Positions 1 through 9,890 are shown, counted from the stretch's first letter. The stretch is 64,000 nucleotides of DNA from Acidobacteriota bacterium (GCA_036507075.1 DASXQR010000221.1:1-64000); one strand, 5' to 3'. Numbers and translations are program-made. Notes: generated by a model from the sequence alone, not told the origin.

Positions 1-1073
1 TCCAGAATGGCCCCGGCCACCCCTGGAGAGGGAGCAGGCTGAGGGCAAGAATCAAAGACGGGGGGTGAACACTGCCCGAAGATCTCAGGTCCTCCGCTCC
101 AAATCACGTAAACCTTTCCAACTGCATCAGCCGAAAGGCCGATTCTTCCGTGAGCCCCGAACGGCATTTCTTCAGATGGCGAGTAAACGGCAAAAGCAAC
201 ATCAGGAATTGCGGGAACAGCTTCCGTGCCGATCTCGGCAGGTGAGCTCCAGTTGATACCATCGAAAATCGAATAAAACATCTTGTGAGGACTCTGAAGA
301 CCATTGGTACCGACGTCACTCCATACCGCAACGGCCTGCTGGGCTAACGGTGAGCCTGCGACGGCGGGAACGGACGTGAACGTCACCTCGGGCAGAGAAG
401 CGCGACCCCCGGTGAATCCGACCGGCAGCGGGAGACTCCAGGCATTATTGACGCGGACCGCGAAGAAGATTTCCCTAGGCAGTTCGCTATTAAGCAGTCC
501 ACCAACATTTCTGCGGCGCACCCAGACGGCCAGAGCACTGTTGGTATCCACCGCAACGGCCGGGTCGAAGTGATCGGCATCATTCGTACCGTTGGCAACA
601 ATCGAGGGGCTGGTCCAAACGCCGGTGCCAAGGTCCAATCTGGATGAGAAGATAGACCATGGTCCCGGTGCGGATCCTACGCCATCGGCATGTTGCCAGA
701 TCGCCAGCGCATAGGCCGCAGTCACACCCACCTGAGGATTTTTGTCATCACCGGCTGGAGGAGTCCCGAAAGGCGGAGCAATCGGTGCCGTCTGGGCTGT
801 CGTCCCATCAGGCCGCCGGGCGTGCCACCCAAGATTGCCCTGCGCGTCTCTTCCGGCAATGGAATACCAGATATCCCAGCCTGGCAAAGTTGCTCCAAGA
901 CCATCGTTATGCTGCCAAACTGCCACTGCTTCATCAGTCCGGCCGTCAAAGGCCGCCACTTTTGGAGCAAGGAACACTGGTACCAGTGCCGCAGCAACCA
1001 GCATCAATGCCCGAAACCCAACAATCTGCCGATTTGCGCGGCACTTTACGATTACTTGCTCAGTCTGCTTCAT
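1..1073 (-). CDS. Secreted beta-propeller-like protein, runs off the left edge (absent from the ORF track)
   Basis: Hand translation from ATG at 1073 (GAGG RBS upstream) stays open to position 3: MKQTEQVIVKCRANRQIVGFRALMLVAAALVPVFLAPKVAAFDG... It has a signal-like hydrophobic stretch and repeated blade-like motifs (AVAVWQH, ALAIWQH, ALAVWVR, AVAVWSD, VYVIWSG; WTSP/WSLP/WSSP). Confidence 0.8.
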   Translation of the reverse strand, partial: MKQTEQVIVKCRANRQIVGFRALMLVAAALVPVFLAPKVAAFDGRTDEAVAVWQHNDGLGATLPGWDIWYSIAGRDAQGNLGWHARRPDGTTAQTAPIAPPFGTPPAGDDKNPQVGVTAAYALAIWQHADGVGSAPGPWSIFSSRLDLGTGVWTSPSIVANGTNDADHFDPAVAVDTNSALAVWVRRRNVGGLLNSELPREIFFAVRVNNAWSLPLPVGFTGGRASLPEVTFTSVPAVAGSPLAQQAVAVWSDVGTNGLQSPHKMFYSIFDGINWSSPAEIGTEAVPAIPDVAFAVYSPSEEMPFGAHGRIGLSADAVGKVYVIWSGGPEIFGQCSPPVFDSCPQPAPSPGVAGAIL

Positions 1074-1263
1074 TTCAAAAACCTCATCCATATCAAGAAG
1101 ACTAATCAAATTCTACTAGCCCTATAAACCTGGTAAAGATTCGTCCGTTGACATGAATCGAGTCCGCCTCGTGGATCTCTTCAGCAAGAATCACTCCATT
1201 CAAGAGAACGTTTCTAATACCAATTAAATAAAGGAATCAATCGGATCGCCGGGCGAATCGGTG

Positions 1264-1280
1264 TGCAAACCCTTAGCCAA
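1264..1280 (-). promoter_or_regulatory. Sigma-54 (-24/-12) promoter of the left-edge gene
   Basis: Minus strand TTGGCTAAGGGTTTGCA, with GG-N10-GC spacing correct, about 190 nt upstream of ATG 1073. Confidence 0.6.
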
Positions 1281-1400
1281 AGTATGCAACAGCGGAAATA
1301 GAAAGGCCGCAGAATGACGGACGAAAGGAGGAGATACTGGAGAATTTAGAATTGCTGATCACCATCTTCTCGTTCAACACTACTTCCGAATCGAGGGTAG

Positions 1401-2864
1401 CTAACGACGTTTGCGGTAGTTCCTTCCATAGTAAGGATAATGGTTTTTCCCGTAGTAATAATATCTGTGGTCGTGATAGGTGTTGAACATTAAGGGCTTC
1501 ACCGCGTTAAAAACTACTCCCAGTAGTTTGCCTGGATCTACACATTTGAGAGCTCTTTCAACGGTGCCATATGGTGTCTTGCCACTGCGTACTACTATCA
1601 ATGTTCCGTCCGCTAGATTGGAAAGGATACTAGAATCCGGAATCGGCTGCAGCGGGGGCGAATCCATGATAATTGTGTCGAATTCCTTTTTCAGATAACT
1701 TATCAATTCTCGCATCTTATTGCCAGATAGGAGTCCCACGGGGTCGTCGTCGGCCAAGCCGTCGGCAGTCATTACATAGAGCTTGCCCAGACGGCGCATA
1801 TAACAGTACGGTTGAAGCTGAGCAGTTTGCAGATATCCTATAATACCGGGTCTTAAAGGAATGGCAACATACTTTTGAAGACTAGGATTCCTAAAGTCAC
1901 AGTCCAGAATAATCACTCGGCGGCCGGGATCCCTGGCAAAGCAGAGCGCCAGGTTCAAGCTTATCAGCGATTTGCCGTCGTTTATATCCGGACTGGAAAC
2001 GTTGATCACTTGGGCAGGTCGATTACCTTGCAGTTCCTTGATACGGAATTTCAGCCATTTGAACTGCTCACTGACAAAGGATGGACCGGTTTTTGTCATT
2101 TCAACCTTGTCGTCATAGACTGGATTTGTCACTTCCGGTATTAAGAGCTCTAAAGGTAATGCCGCCTCGTCTCCGAGAGCTGCATTCCTGCTGTCAACAT
2201 CGCCAGAAATCTCGATTAATTCCAACTGTCGAAGAATATTCAAAATGCGCTTCACTTGCGATTCTTCAAAACCCGTTTGTGAAACGAGCTCGGCCAGAGT
2301 TCGTGGATAGCTCAGTTGACTCAGCATGAAAATCTCTTGGGGCGCCCAGGGGAAAACGGAATAATCTCTTTCCTTTTTCAACATGAATCGCCGGTTCTCA
2401 CTCACCTCAAAAGTTGCGGATCTGTCTCGCGCCAACTCGAGCAATAGGAAATCCAACTTCATATGCGCTGCAACATGAAAAGACTGTGAAGAAGCTTCAA
2501 AAGATCGTATCTGAAATCCATTTTCAAGGCACCGCTTAAACAATTGCAAGGCTTGGCGATGAACCAGTTGATACAAGTCGCCTAAATCCAAGACGCTAAG
2601 GCGGAGGGCAATTTCGCCCAGCGCAATTTTCCGTCTGAAAGATTCCTTCAGTAACCTGCTCAGGTTACTCGAGTCGATGAATCCGTCCCGTAAAAGATAT
2701 TGACCCAGTTGGAATTCGGCCAAGTTGGAAGAGACAGCTTCAATTAAGCCATTCTGAAAGTGAATTCGAACAGTGTGATCATTATGGCCGAGGCAAAGAG
2801 AACCCTGCGCGCTGGTTCCCTCAATTTGGCGAATCTGCTCAATCAATGGATGTTCATCTGTCAT
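1401..2864 (-). CDS. BY-kinase (CpsD/CapB, Wzc C-terminal type) tyrosine kinase fused to an N-terminal PatA_N/DUF4388-like region
   Basis: Walker A SSPDINDGKS, A' ILDCDFRNP, B IIMDSPP, and a C-terminal Tyr cluster YHDHRYYYYGKNHYPYY. The N-terminal region has a GSLCL..VRIHFQNG..LGQYLL pattern. Confidence 0.85.
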   Translation of the reverse strand: MTDEHPLIEQIRQIEGTSAQGSLCLGHNDHTVRIHFQNGLIEAVSSNLAEFQLGQYLLRDGFIDSSNLSRLLKESFRRKIALGEIALRLSVLDLGDLYQLVHRQALQLFKRCLENGFQIRSFEASSQSFHVAAHMKLDFLLLELARDRSATFEVSENRRFMLKKERDYSVFPWAPQEIFMLSQLSYPRTLAELVSQTGFEESQVKRILNILRQLELIEISGDVDSRNAALGDEAALPLELLIPEVTNPVYDDKVEMTKTGPSFVSEQFKWLKFRIKELQGNRPAQVINVSSPDINDGKSLISLNLALCFARDPGRRVIILDCDFRNPSLQKYVAIPLRPGIIGYLQTAQLQPYCYMRRLGKLYVMTADGLADDDPVGLLSGNKMRELISYLKKEFDTIIMDSPPLQPIPDSSILSNLADGTLIVVRSGKTPYGTVERALKCVDPGKLLGVVFNAVKPLMFNTYHDHRYYYYGKNHYPYYGRNYRKRR

Positions 2865-2869
2865 TTTCG

Positions 2870-4507
2870 TTAGTCTAACCTAGACATAATTGGTGCTGTC
2901 ATCTTGAGAACCGGCTTGACATATCCCGCCACCGTCCCGCGCAATTGATGGTTCGTATGCAGGAAATACAGTGTAACAAGACAGAATGCGACAACGATAA
3001 TCAACGCCAAAGTTGCGACCAGCGTTTGGCGTTTGATGCGATGAAGATCCTCGTCTGAGACGATTTCTGGAATTTCAATAAGAACAGGGACGCCCAACAA
3101 CTTTTCCACTTCGGCCTGGGTCCAGAGCTTTTGGCCGAAGAAATCCACTCCAGTGACCACAACAACACTCAGACCGAGACTAAGGAACAGCCCTATCAGA
3201 ATCAGTTTTAAACGATTAGGTTTGGCAGGCTTGACAGGAAGATTGGCCGGGTCTAAAATCACAAACTGCGTGCGTTCGTCCTTGCTCTCCAGATTCTTAG
3301 CCAGCTTTGCCTCAGAAAGCTTACTCTTCAGGTCTTCATACCGCTTACTCAGTGCTTCATAATCCCGGAAAGTTGTAGTGATTGCCTGCTCGGCCTGCGG
3401 AGAGTTTTCAAGCCGTTGAGTGTATTTGCTGATCTCAGCTTGAATTTGGCCTCGCTGGCGGTCACGAATGCCAATTTCCGTCTTAACATCCTCCAACTGG
3501 GCAACCAGCTTCTGATAAACAGGATTAGGTTTCGTGGTCACCTTGGGCTCCATAGTTGTGGGCTTCTCAATGAAACTCTGAGCTGGAATTTCCTTTTTCA
3601 GCTGATCCAGTTCACTTTTGGCGCGTATAACGTCCGGATATTTTTCTGTATATTTAGCTGCCAGGTCCTTATAGGCACGTTCCTTTTCTTTGTATTCGGC
3701 CAGTATAGGAGATATCGTAGTCCTGTCCTGGGATCCCCGACTTTCTATGGCTTCAATAAAGGGAGAAGTCTCTGAGATCTGTCGTTCCAGCGAAAGACGT
3801 AAAGTGACATATCGGTCAAACGCCTCGGAATTAGCCTTAAGCTGTTCTTGAAGCCGGTCGAGAGTCCTCAGATTCATTTCCGATTGATCCGGCAGTTCAT
3901 AACGGTAGCGCTCTTTCAATTCTCTGCGAGTGCCCTCCGCTTGCTGAAGCTGCTCGGCAACCTTTCGGAGCTCGTCCTCTAGAAATTCAGTCGTGCCTAA
4001 GACTCTTGCCTTCCGGCTCCGGTTGTCGAACTCCATAAAAGACGAACTCAGCCGGTTAGTAATTTTCTGGGCCACCTTCGGATTCTGATTCTCCGAGAAT
4101 AGTTTAAAGGAAAAAATCGGTGATCCCCTTCCACTCTCGGTTTGGAATTCTACATTGATGTGACTCTTCAAGTTGGCTACTTGGTCCTCCTCCGTTAAGC
4201 CGCTAATGTCCGGTAACTCCTTTCGAAATTCGTGGATGATCTGAAGTAAGTTAGTCCGACTGAGAACAGTCTCTTGAAGAGCCTTGAGTCGCTCATCGAC
4301 ACCGACAGTGAGGTTCTTTATAAACTCGCTTGGTATCCCTTGTGGCTCTATCAGGATCAGCTCTTCCGAGATAAAAGTATCCGGCAGAAGATAAGTCAAT
4401 AGGGCGGTGAAGTAAAATGACAGTAAGAACACGGTAGCCGCCCACCATTTATTTCGGACCATAAGAGCCCCAAAATCTTGTAGGTTGCCAAAACTGATTT
4501 TCTTCAT
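2870..4507 (-). CDS. Polysaccharide co-polymerase / chain-length determinant (Wzc-N/GumC family)
   Basis: N-terminal TM helix, long coiled-coil periplasmic region, FVILDPANLPVKPAKPNR motif before the second TM, LLGVPVLIEIP. Confidence 0.9.
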   Translation of the reverse strand: MKKISFGNLQDFGALMVRNKWWAATVFLLSFYFTALLTYLLPDTFISEELILIEPQGIPSEFIKNLTVGVDERLKALQETVLSRTNLLQIIHEFRKELPDISGLTEEDQVANLKSHINVEFQTESGRGSPIFSFKLFSENQNPKVAQKITNRLSSSFMEFDNRSRKARVLGTTEFLEDELRKVAEQLQQAEGTRRELKERYRYELPDQSEMNLRTLDRLQEQLKANSEAFDRYVTLRLSLERQISETSPFIEAIESRGSQDRTTISPILAEYKEKERAYKDLAAKYTEKYPDVIRAKSELDQLKKEIPAQSFIEKPTTMEPKVTTKPNPVYQKLVAQLEDVKTEIGIRDRQRGQIQAEISKYTQRLENSPQAEQAITTTFRDYEALSKRYEDLKSKLSEAKLAKNLESKDERTQFVILDPANLPVKPAKPNRLKLILIGLFLSLGLSVVVVTGVDFFGQKLWTQAEVEKLLGVPVLIEIPEIVSDEDLHRIKRQTLVATLALIIVVAFCLVTLYFLHTNHQLRGTVAGYVKPVLKMTAPIMSRLD

Positions 4508-5718
4508 TTTGCCACCCTCAAAAACTCAGGTAGGAGAAACCTCAAAGACACAAATACCCGCGTCCTCCCCAGATCAAGGATATCAGTGCCCTTCTGTTGT
4601 TGATAGCTAGCTCCCCAAGTCAAAGCCCAGTTGGCTTTTAGAAGATAATTCAAACTGACGGAGGTAAACGCGCCTTTAAATTTCAGAGGATTGTCCACGC
4701 GGTCGCGCGCGTCGTACAGCGACGCGGCACCTTCGAGGGCGGCCTTTCTGCCGAGAAATCGGGAATAGTAGAATGCCACGCCCTGACTGTCGGAAATTGA
4801 ACCCACACCCATGCTGGTGCCGCTCCGGCGATAGAAGGCAACAGTTAATTTATCCTTCTTGATAGATTTCGCCAAATTGACCGAACTGTTATAACCAACG
4901 TAATTCGTTCCAGGCCCAGCTGTCGACGTTTTAGAGGGGCCGGCGATGAGTTCGACTGAGATTCCTGGGCTAATTTGATGAAAAAGTGCAAAATCTGCTG
5001 CGAGAGTACGACTGTCAGCAAAATTCTTAAACCAATATTGGTACATTGAATATCCGAGGCTCCAGCTCGTTCTCTTATTGATCTTTCGATTGAAACGGAG
5101 ATTCGCGTCTAAACCCTGCAACTTTGAAAGCCGATTCTCAGGGAAGCTGTTCTCGTAATTTCGGACGATATGGCTGACGGTCCACGATAGGCTGGAAATG
5201 GGATTTAGCGCGTAACTAAACCCGGCATTGACACCATTAAAATACCCATTTCGCCGCAGCGTCACGGTGCTGTAGCGGAAAAGCGCATCACCGGGCGTTA
5301 AGGTAGTCCCTCTCATAAAATTGAATGTACCGAAATCTGAAGAACTGACGTACGATTCCGAGAATTCCATTCTTAATTTTTGACTTAGGCTTGCTTTAAA
5401 GCTTCCTTCCAACCCATGAGACTTCGTTGCGCCCAAGCGCAGGCCCGTATCACTCTTTTCGAGCCCAAAGGCGTATGAAAGCCGCAGGTCTGAATGAGGA
5501 CTGGTGGAATTCATCATGATTGAGTGGTAAAGACCATATACGAACTCGACACTATTCCCTTCAAGCTCGCGGGACCTTGAAGCACTCAACTGCGGATTGT
5601 CGTCGAGGGCACCCACCACATCGAGCGACGTATGGCCAGTATAGATCCGGTCGGAGAAGGCGGGAGTGGTGGAAATCAGCGAAACAGCCAAAAGTAAAAG
5701 GAAGTTACGGGCATACAT
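4504..5718 (-). CDS. Outer-membrane beta-barrel protein associated with EPS export
   Basis: Signal peptide, amphipathic beta-strands rich in Y/F/S/G, located between OPX and the co-polymerase. Confidence 0.75.
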   Translation of the reverse strand: MYARNFLLLLAVSLISTTPAFSDRIYTGHTSLDVVGALDDNPQLSASRSRELEGNSVEFVYGLYHSIMMNSTSPHSDLRLSYAFGLEKSDTGLRLGATKSHGLEGSFKASLSQKLRMEFSESYVSSSDFGTFNFMRGTTLTPGDALFRYSTVTLRRNGYFNGVNAGFSYALNPISSLSWTVSHIVRNYENSFPENRLSKLQGLDANLRFNRKINKRTSWSLGYSMYQYWFKNFADSRTLAADFALFHQISPGISVELIAGPSKTSTAGPGTNYVGYNSSVNLAKSIKKDKLTVAFYRRSGTSMGVGSISDSQGVAFYYSRFLGRKAALEGAASLYDARDRVDNPLKFKGAFTSVSLNYLLKANWALTWGASYQQQKGTDILDLGRTRVFVSLRFLLPEFLRVAK

Positions 5719-5769
5719 GGATTTTTAAAGGCTAACAGGATCCCGACGATCAACGGACATGGCGGATCT

Positions 5770-6363
5770 CTAGGGGACGACCACTACGTCTCCAGATTTG
5801 AGGAGAATATTCTGGTCCGTCCCCTTTCCTTTGATTACGTCTTTATAGTTAAAATGAAAGACCATATGTTCCTTCCCATCGATCCGAATTATTGTGATTT
5901 CTGACGTGTTCGCATAGTCCTGAAAGCCACCTGCTAACGTCAATGCCTGCAGTGCAGAGATGGGTTTTTCCGACGGGAAACTGCCGGGCTTCTGAACTTT
6001 CCCGATCACGTAGATCTTGTAATGCTGAATGGTATCCACGATGACGGTTACGTGTGGAGAGATAATGTACTCCTTAAGGCGCGCTTCCAAGTTGGCTTTC
6101 AACTCACCAGGAGTGGAACCACCGGCCTCAATGTCCTGGACGAGGGGGACGGAAATTCGACCGTCAGGTCGAACTAAAACCTTACGTGACAAGTCCGTCT
6201 GCTTCCAGACAAAGATTTCCAAAATATCATTGGGCTGGATAACGTAAGTGGCCAAATCAGAAGCGTTCCTGACTTCTTGCCCCACCAGGACCATGGATCC
6301 AGCTACGATCGCAAAAAGGACCGCCGTCGCTATTCTCAAAAACCGAGCCAATCGTTCTATCAT
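5770..6363 (-). CDS. wza: Short polysaccharide export protein (OPX/Wza family: Poly_export + one SLBB domain)
   Basis: YVIQPNDILEIFVW, VRPDGRISVPLV, IYVIGKVQKPG and LLKSGDVVVVP motifs; 197 aa. Confidence 0.9.
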   Translation of the reverse strand: MIERLARFLRIATAVLFAIVAGSMVLVGQEVRNASDLATYVIQPNDILEIFVWKQTDLSRKVLVRPDGRISVPLVQDIEAGGSTPGELKANLEARLKEYIISPHVTVIVDTIQHYKIYVIGKVQKPGSFPSEKPISALQALTLAGGFQDYANTSEITIIRIDGKEHMVFHFNYKDVIKGKGTDQNILLKSGDVVVVP

Positions 6364-6384
6364 TTCAACTGGTCTTTTCTGCAG

Positions 6385-7332
6385 TTACTCAATCTGCAAT
6401 TGCTTTATCTTACTTAAGAGTGAGCGATAGCTGATCCGTAGCATGGCTGCGGTTTTTTTTCGATTCCAGCCATTTTGTTTCAGAATTCTCAAAATGACTT
6501 TTCTCTGCACCAGCTCTTCAGCCATTTTTCCCATTTGCACAAGGGAGATGTTTTGATTACTTCTCGCTTTGGACCTTTGGATTTTTTCCCGCAGTGCGTC
6601 GAAGGAAGACACAGTATCTTCGAATAAAATCAGGTTTTTTAAGAAATTTTCAAGTTCGCGAACATTTCCTGGCCAAACATAGTCTATCAAGAGTTCGTAA
6701 TCCTTGCTCTTGATTATCGGTAATTGGGTCTTATTAAAACTCCTTACGTACGTAGTGATAAAAAAGTCAATAAATGCCGGAATGTCTTCTTTGCGTTCCC
6801 GGAGAGGCGGAACATGTATTTGGACAATGTTCAATCGATAAAAGAGGTCTTTCCGAAAGGTGCCCGCTTCCACTTCTTTTACAACGTCTTTGTTTGTAGC
6901 TGCCAGGAGTCGCACATCCACGGTAACCGGCTCGTTGGTGCCCAGGGGCGTGAATTCTCCTTCTTGCAACATATGTAGAAGCTTACCTTGAGAATTGGTA
7001 TCAAGGTCGGCAATTTCATCAAAAAATAGAGTCCCTCGGTGCGCCTCTTGAATCCGCCCTCTTTTGTCGTTACCAGCCCCGGTGAAGGCACCGCGTTGAT
7101 AACCAAAAAGTTCGCTTTCCAACAGACTGTTGGGGATGGCCGCGGAGTTGATTTTGATAAAGGGCTGGTCCGTCCGGAGTGACTTTGAAGCAATCCGCTG
7201 GGCTACGACTTCTTTTCCCACACCGCTTTCTCCTGTGATCAATACACTCAGATCGGTGGGCGCAACACGATCCACAATTGCGTCAAGTTTTTGCATTACG
7301 CGGCTAATAGGGGGGACGACTTCGGGATCCAC
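6385..7332 (-). CDS. Sigma-54 enhancer-binding protein without a regulatory domain (AAA+ plus Fis-type HTH)
   Basis: GESGVGKE, ESELFGYQRGAFTGA, FFDEI, FRKDLFYRLN, WPGNVREL and a C-terminal HTH; only about 25 residues precede the AAA+ core. Confidence 0.9.
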   Translation of the reverse strand: MDPEVVPPISRVMQKLDAIVDRVAPTDLSVLITGESGVGKEVVAQRIASKSLRTDQPFIKINSAAIPNSLLESELFGYQRGAFTGAGNDKRGRIQEAHRGTLFFDEIADLDTNSQGKLLHMLQEGEFTPLGTNEPVTVDVRLLAATNKDVVKEVEAGTFRKDLFYRLNIVQIHVPPLRERKEDIPAFIDFFITTYVRSFNKTQLPIIKSKDYELLIDYVWPGNVRELENFLKNLILFEDTVSSFDALREKIQRSKARSNQNISLVQMGKMAEELVQRKVILRILKQNGWNRKKTAAMLRISYRSLLSKIKQLQIE

Positions 7333-7372
7333 TTAGCTGAGGGGATGACAGGGCATATTTCAGTTCACCGAT

Positions 7373-8623
7373 TCACTGGATTCCGGCCTCCTGCGTTTTA
7401 CGGCCGCGCCCATCTTGTCGGCCGGAAACGCTCAAGAGTTCCAGATCTACCAGGCCAAGCTTCTTTGTAAGCTGTCGAATTTCACTCTCATAGATTGCGT
7501 TCATGGCGATGATCGCATCCGGACGATAAGTTCTGAGAAACTTCGGCGGTAAAATTTCCTGCCCGGTTCCAGCGATGTACCTGCCATGCTTTCTGGGATT
7601 GATGTCCACTACATATTCGATCTGGTCCTGACTCTTTAGCGTGTTTAAGAAGGTGACTCCCTTCGAGCCAGCTCCCCATAGGACCAGTCGCCGGCCAGCT
7701 TCGGTGAGCCGCTGAAGCTCGCCTCGCCAGGCTTCCATCGTGCTGCGATATTTCTCGGCAAATTCCGCTGCATATTGGCCTATTTTCTGGCAGTTATCCC
7801 AGCCATTATTTGCAGCGCCGGCTGTTTCTTCATCCGGGACCGCTTCGATGCAAAGAAACTGGCCTTCGAATACCTCAGCCACGTCGCAAACTTTAAACCC
7901 TGAATCAGTAAACGCTCGCCGAAGGGAGTGGGCGCTGAAATATGAGCAATGCTCATAGATAATGTCCCAGATTGAGAGGTCGCGCAGGATGAATAGCACG
8001 TTAGGAACTTCAAAGAACACGACCGTGTCCAGACGAGCGCCAATCGCACGTCGTATCATGCCCAGAAAGTCTATCGGATTTGGGATATGCTCTAACATGT
8101 GCCGGCAACAGATAAGATCGGCACCATGGTCGGAATAACCTTCCGAGTAAAAGTCTGGGATAAAGGTAATCCTCTCTGACGCACCGTCGGCAGCCGGAAC
8201 GGGGGCGTAGCTTGGATCAAAACCGAGGCCGCTGTTTTCGCCAAGTTCGCAGAGCAATTTGAGGAAATCGCCCTTTCCGCAGCCGATCTCGACAATATCC
8301 TTGCCATACAGATCATAACGCTGAATTAAACGCCTAGCGGTTGTAGCCGCATAGCTTTGAAATGTCGGCGAAAAGTGCAGCGAGTTCTCATACTTCTGAG
8401 CGTATTGCATCAGTCCAGGATTGAACGCAAGATTAGATATATGGCCGCAACGTTCGCAGAACCCGAGCCGAATGTCCCCCCTTGGAGCATGGATGGCCTC
8501 ATTCCGTGTCGCCCAAAGCAGATTGCAGTGCACAGGCACGCCTGCGATATCGATAAGAGTCGCCATCTGTGTCGAGCCACAGACCGGACATGAATCTTCC
8601 AGGGTCTTTCCAGCGCTCAGCAT
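7373..8623 (-). CDS. NDP-sugar C-methyltransferase family protein (copy 3)
   Basis: CPVC...CERC zinc site, EIGCGKG SAM motif, IYEHCSYFS, LWGAGSKG, VVDINPRKHG. Confidence 0.85.
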   Translation of the reverse strand: MLSAGKTLEDSCPVCGSTQMATLIDIAGVPVHCNLLWATRNEAIHAPRGDIRLGFCERCGHISNLAFNPGLMQYAQKYENSLHFSPTFQSYAATTARRLIQRYDLYGKDIVEIGCGKGDFLKLLCELGENSGLGFDPSYAPVPAADGASERITFIPDFYSEGYSDHGADLICCRHMLEHIPNPIDFLGMIRRAIGARLDTVVFFEVPNVLFILRDLSIWDIIYEHCSYFSAHSLRRAFTDSGFKVCDVAEVFEGQFLCIEAVPDEETAGAANNGWDNCQKIGQYAAEFAEKYRSTMEAWRGELQRLTEAGRRLVLWGAGSKGVTFLNTLKSQDQIEYVVDINPRKHGRYIAGTGQEILPPKFLRTYRPDAIIAMNAIYESEIRQLTKKLGLVDLELLSVSGRQDGRGRKTQEAGIQ

Positions 8624-8654
8624 TTTAATCTCTTGCTTTTGTTGACCAGCGACA

Positions 8655-9884
8655 CTAAACCAGAATGAGTTCCGGATCCAAACCTATCTGCCTTAGATCG
8701 TGTCGTATCTCCTCTCGATAGATTGGATTCATCACGATCACAGCATCCGGCTTGTATTCCACGAGGAAGTCTGGAGCGACAATCAGTTGACCCGTGCCCG
8801 GCATATAGGTCCCGTGTTTATAGGGGTTTATGTCCACTACGTATTCAACCTCTTCTTGGATTTTCAGTGTGGTCAAGAATGCGACTGCTTTCGAACTTCC
8901 TCCCCACAGCACAGCCCGGCGGCGATCATTTCTGATTGTCTGGAATCTAATCATCCAGTCATTCAGTTTTTCCCTGTAGTTCTGACAAAAGAATGCCACG
9001 TTGCACGCCATCTCTTCCAGGTCATCCTCCAGTGTCGGCCGTGGCGTACTTTTCCCGTTGCACGCCCGACCCTCAATCATCAGGTACTGATCGTCATAGT
9101 CCCTGTTAAGGTCAATAACCTCGAATCCACAGTTTCGAAACAGGCGAGCCAGCGAGCCGCTGCTGAAGTACGAACAATGCTCATAATAGATGTCCCAAAA
9201 AGCGAGGTCATGAAGAATGCGACTGACATCAGGCACCTGGAAGAAGACAACGGTATCCGATTGATCTGGGAGCGACCGCCGCACAAGTCTGACGAAATCC
9301 GCTGTCTGCTTGATATGCTCGAGCGTCATCTTGCAACATATGAAATCCCCGCGATAATTTGCGTACTTGGTCGAATAAAAATCCTTGATAAAGGTCATTC
9401 GGTCTTTGGCCTGGCTGTTGTTGCGCTCGGGAACATAGCCGGGATCGAATCCGATCCCGTAATTGCTACCTAGTTCACAGAGTAACGCCAGAAATTCGCC
9501 CTTGCCGCAACCAAGTTCAATGATGACCTTCTCATGCAAATCGTATCGCTCAATCAGATGCTTGGCCAGGCGCTGCGAAAAAGTATTGAAGGTGGGCGAA
9601 AATCCCTGGGTTTCTTCATAGTTCGCGGAATATTCATGCACAGCAGAATCAAATGCAACGTTGGAGATAAAGCCACAGGTTGAACAAAAACCCAACACGA
9701 CATCACCCCGTGGATAATTCATGGCTGTTTGTCGCGTTGGCATGAGCAAAACACTGTGCACCGGCACACTGCGAACCTCGTAAAAAACGGACATTCGCCC
9801 GGAACGGCAGCTCGGGCAGGGATTTTCTGTTAAGCCGCCTAATGTCTCTATTCCCGCGTTCTTTGCCAGTGATTCTTTGTACAT
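8655..9884 (-). CDS. NDP-sugar C-methyltransferase family protein (copy 2)
   Basis: CPSC...CSTC, ELGCGKG, YYEHCSYFS, LWGGSSKA, VVDINPYKHG. Confidence 0.85.
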   Translation of the reverse strand: MYKESLAKNAGIETLGGLTENPCPSCRSGRMSVFYEVRSVPVHSVLLMPTRQTAMNYPRGDVVLGFCSTCGFISNVAFDSAVHEYSANYEETQGFSPTFNTFSQRLAKHLIERYDLHEKVIIELGCGKGEFLALLCELGSNYGIGFDPGYVPERNNSQAKDRMTFIKDFYSTKYANYRGDFICCKMTLEHIKQTADFVRLVRRSLPDQSDTVVFFQVPDVSRILHDLAFWDIYYEHCSYFSSGSLARLFRNCGFEVIDLNRDYDDQYLMIEGRACNGKSTPRPTLEDDLEEMACNVAFFCQNYREKLNDWMIRFQTIRNDRRRAVLWGGSSKAVAFLTTLKIQEEVEYVVDINPYKHGTYMPGTGQLIVAPDFLVEYKPDAVIVMNPIYREEIRHDLRQIGLDPELILV

Positions 9885-9890
9885 TTCAGT

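Noticed and set aside
65..1127. Several short ORF-track calls at the left end
   Set aside because: Superseded by the continuous minus-strand frame from 1073 off the edge.
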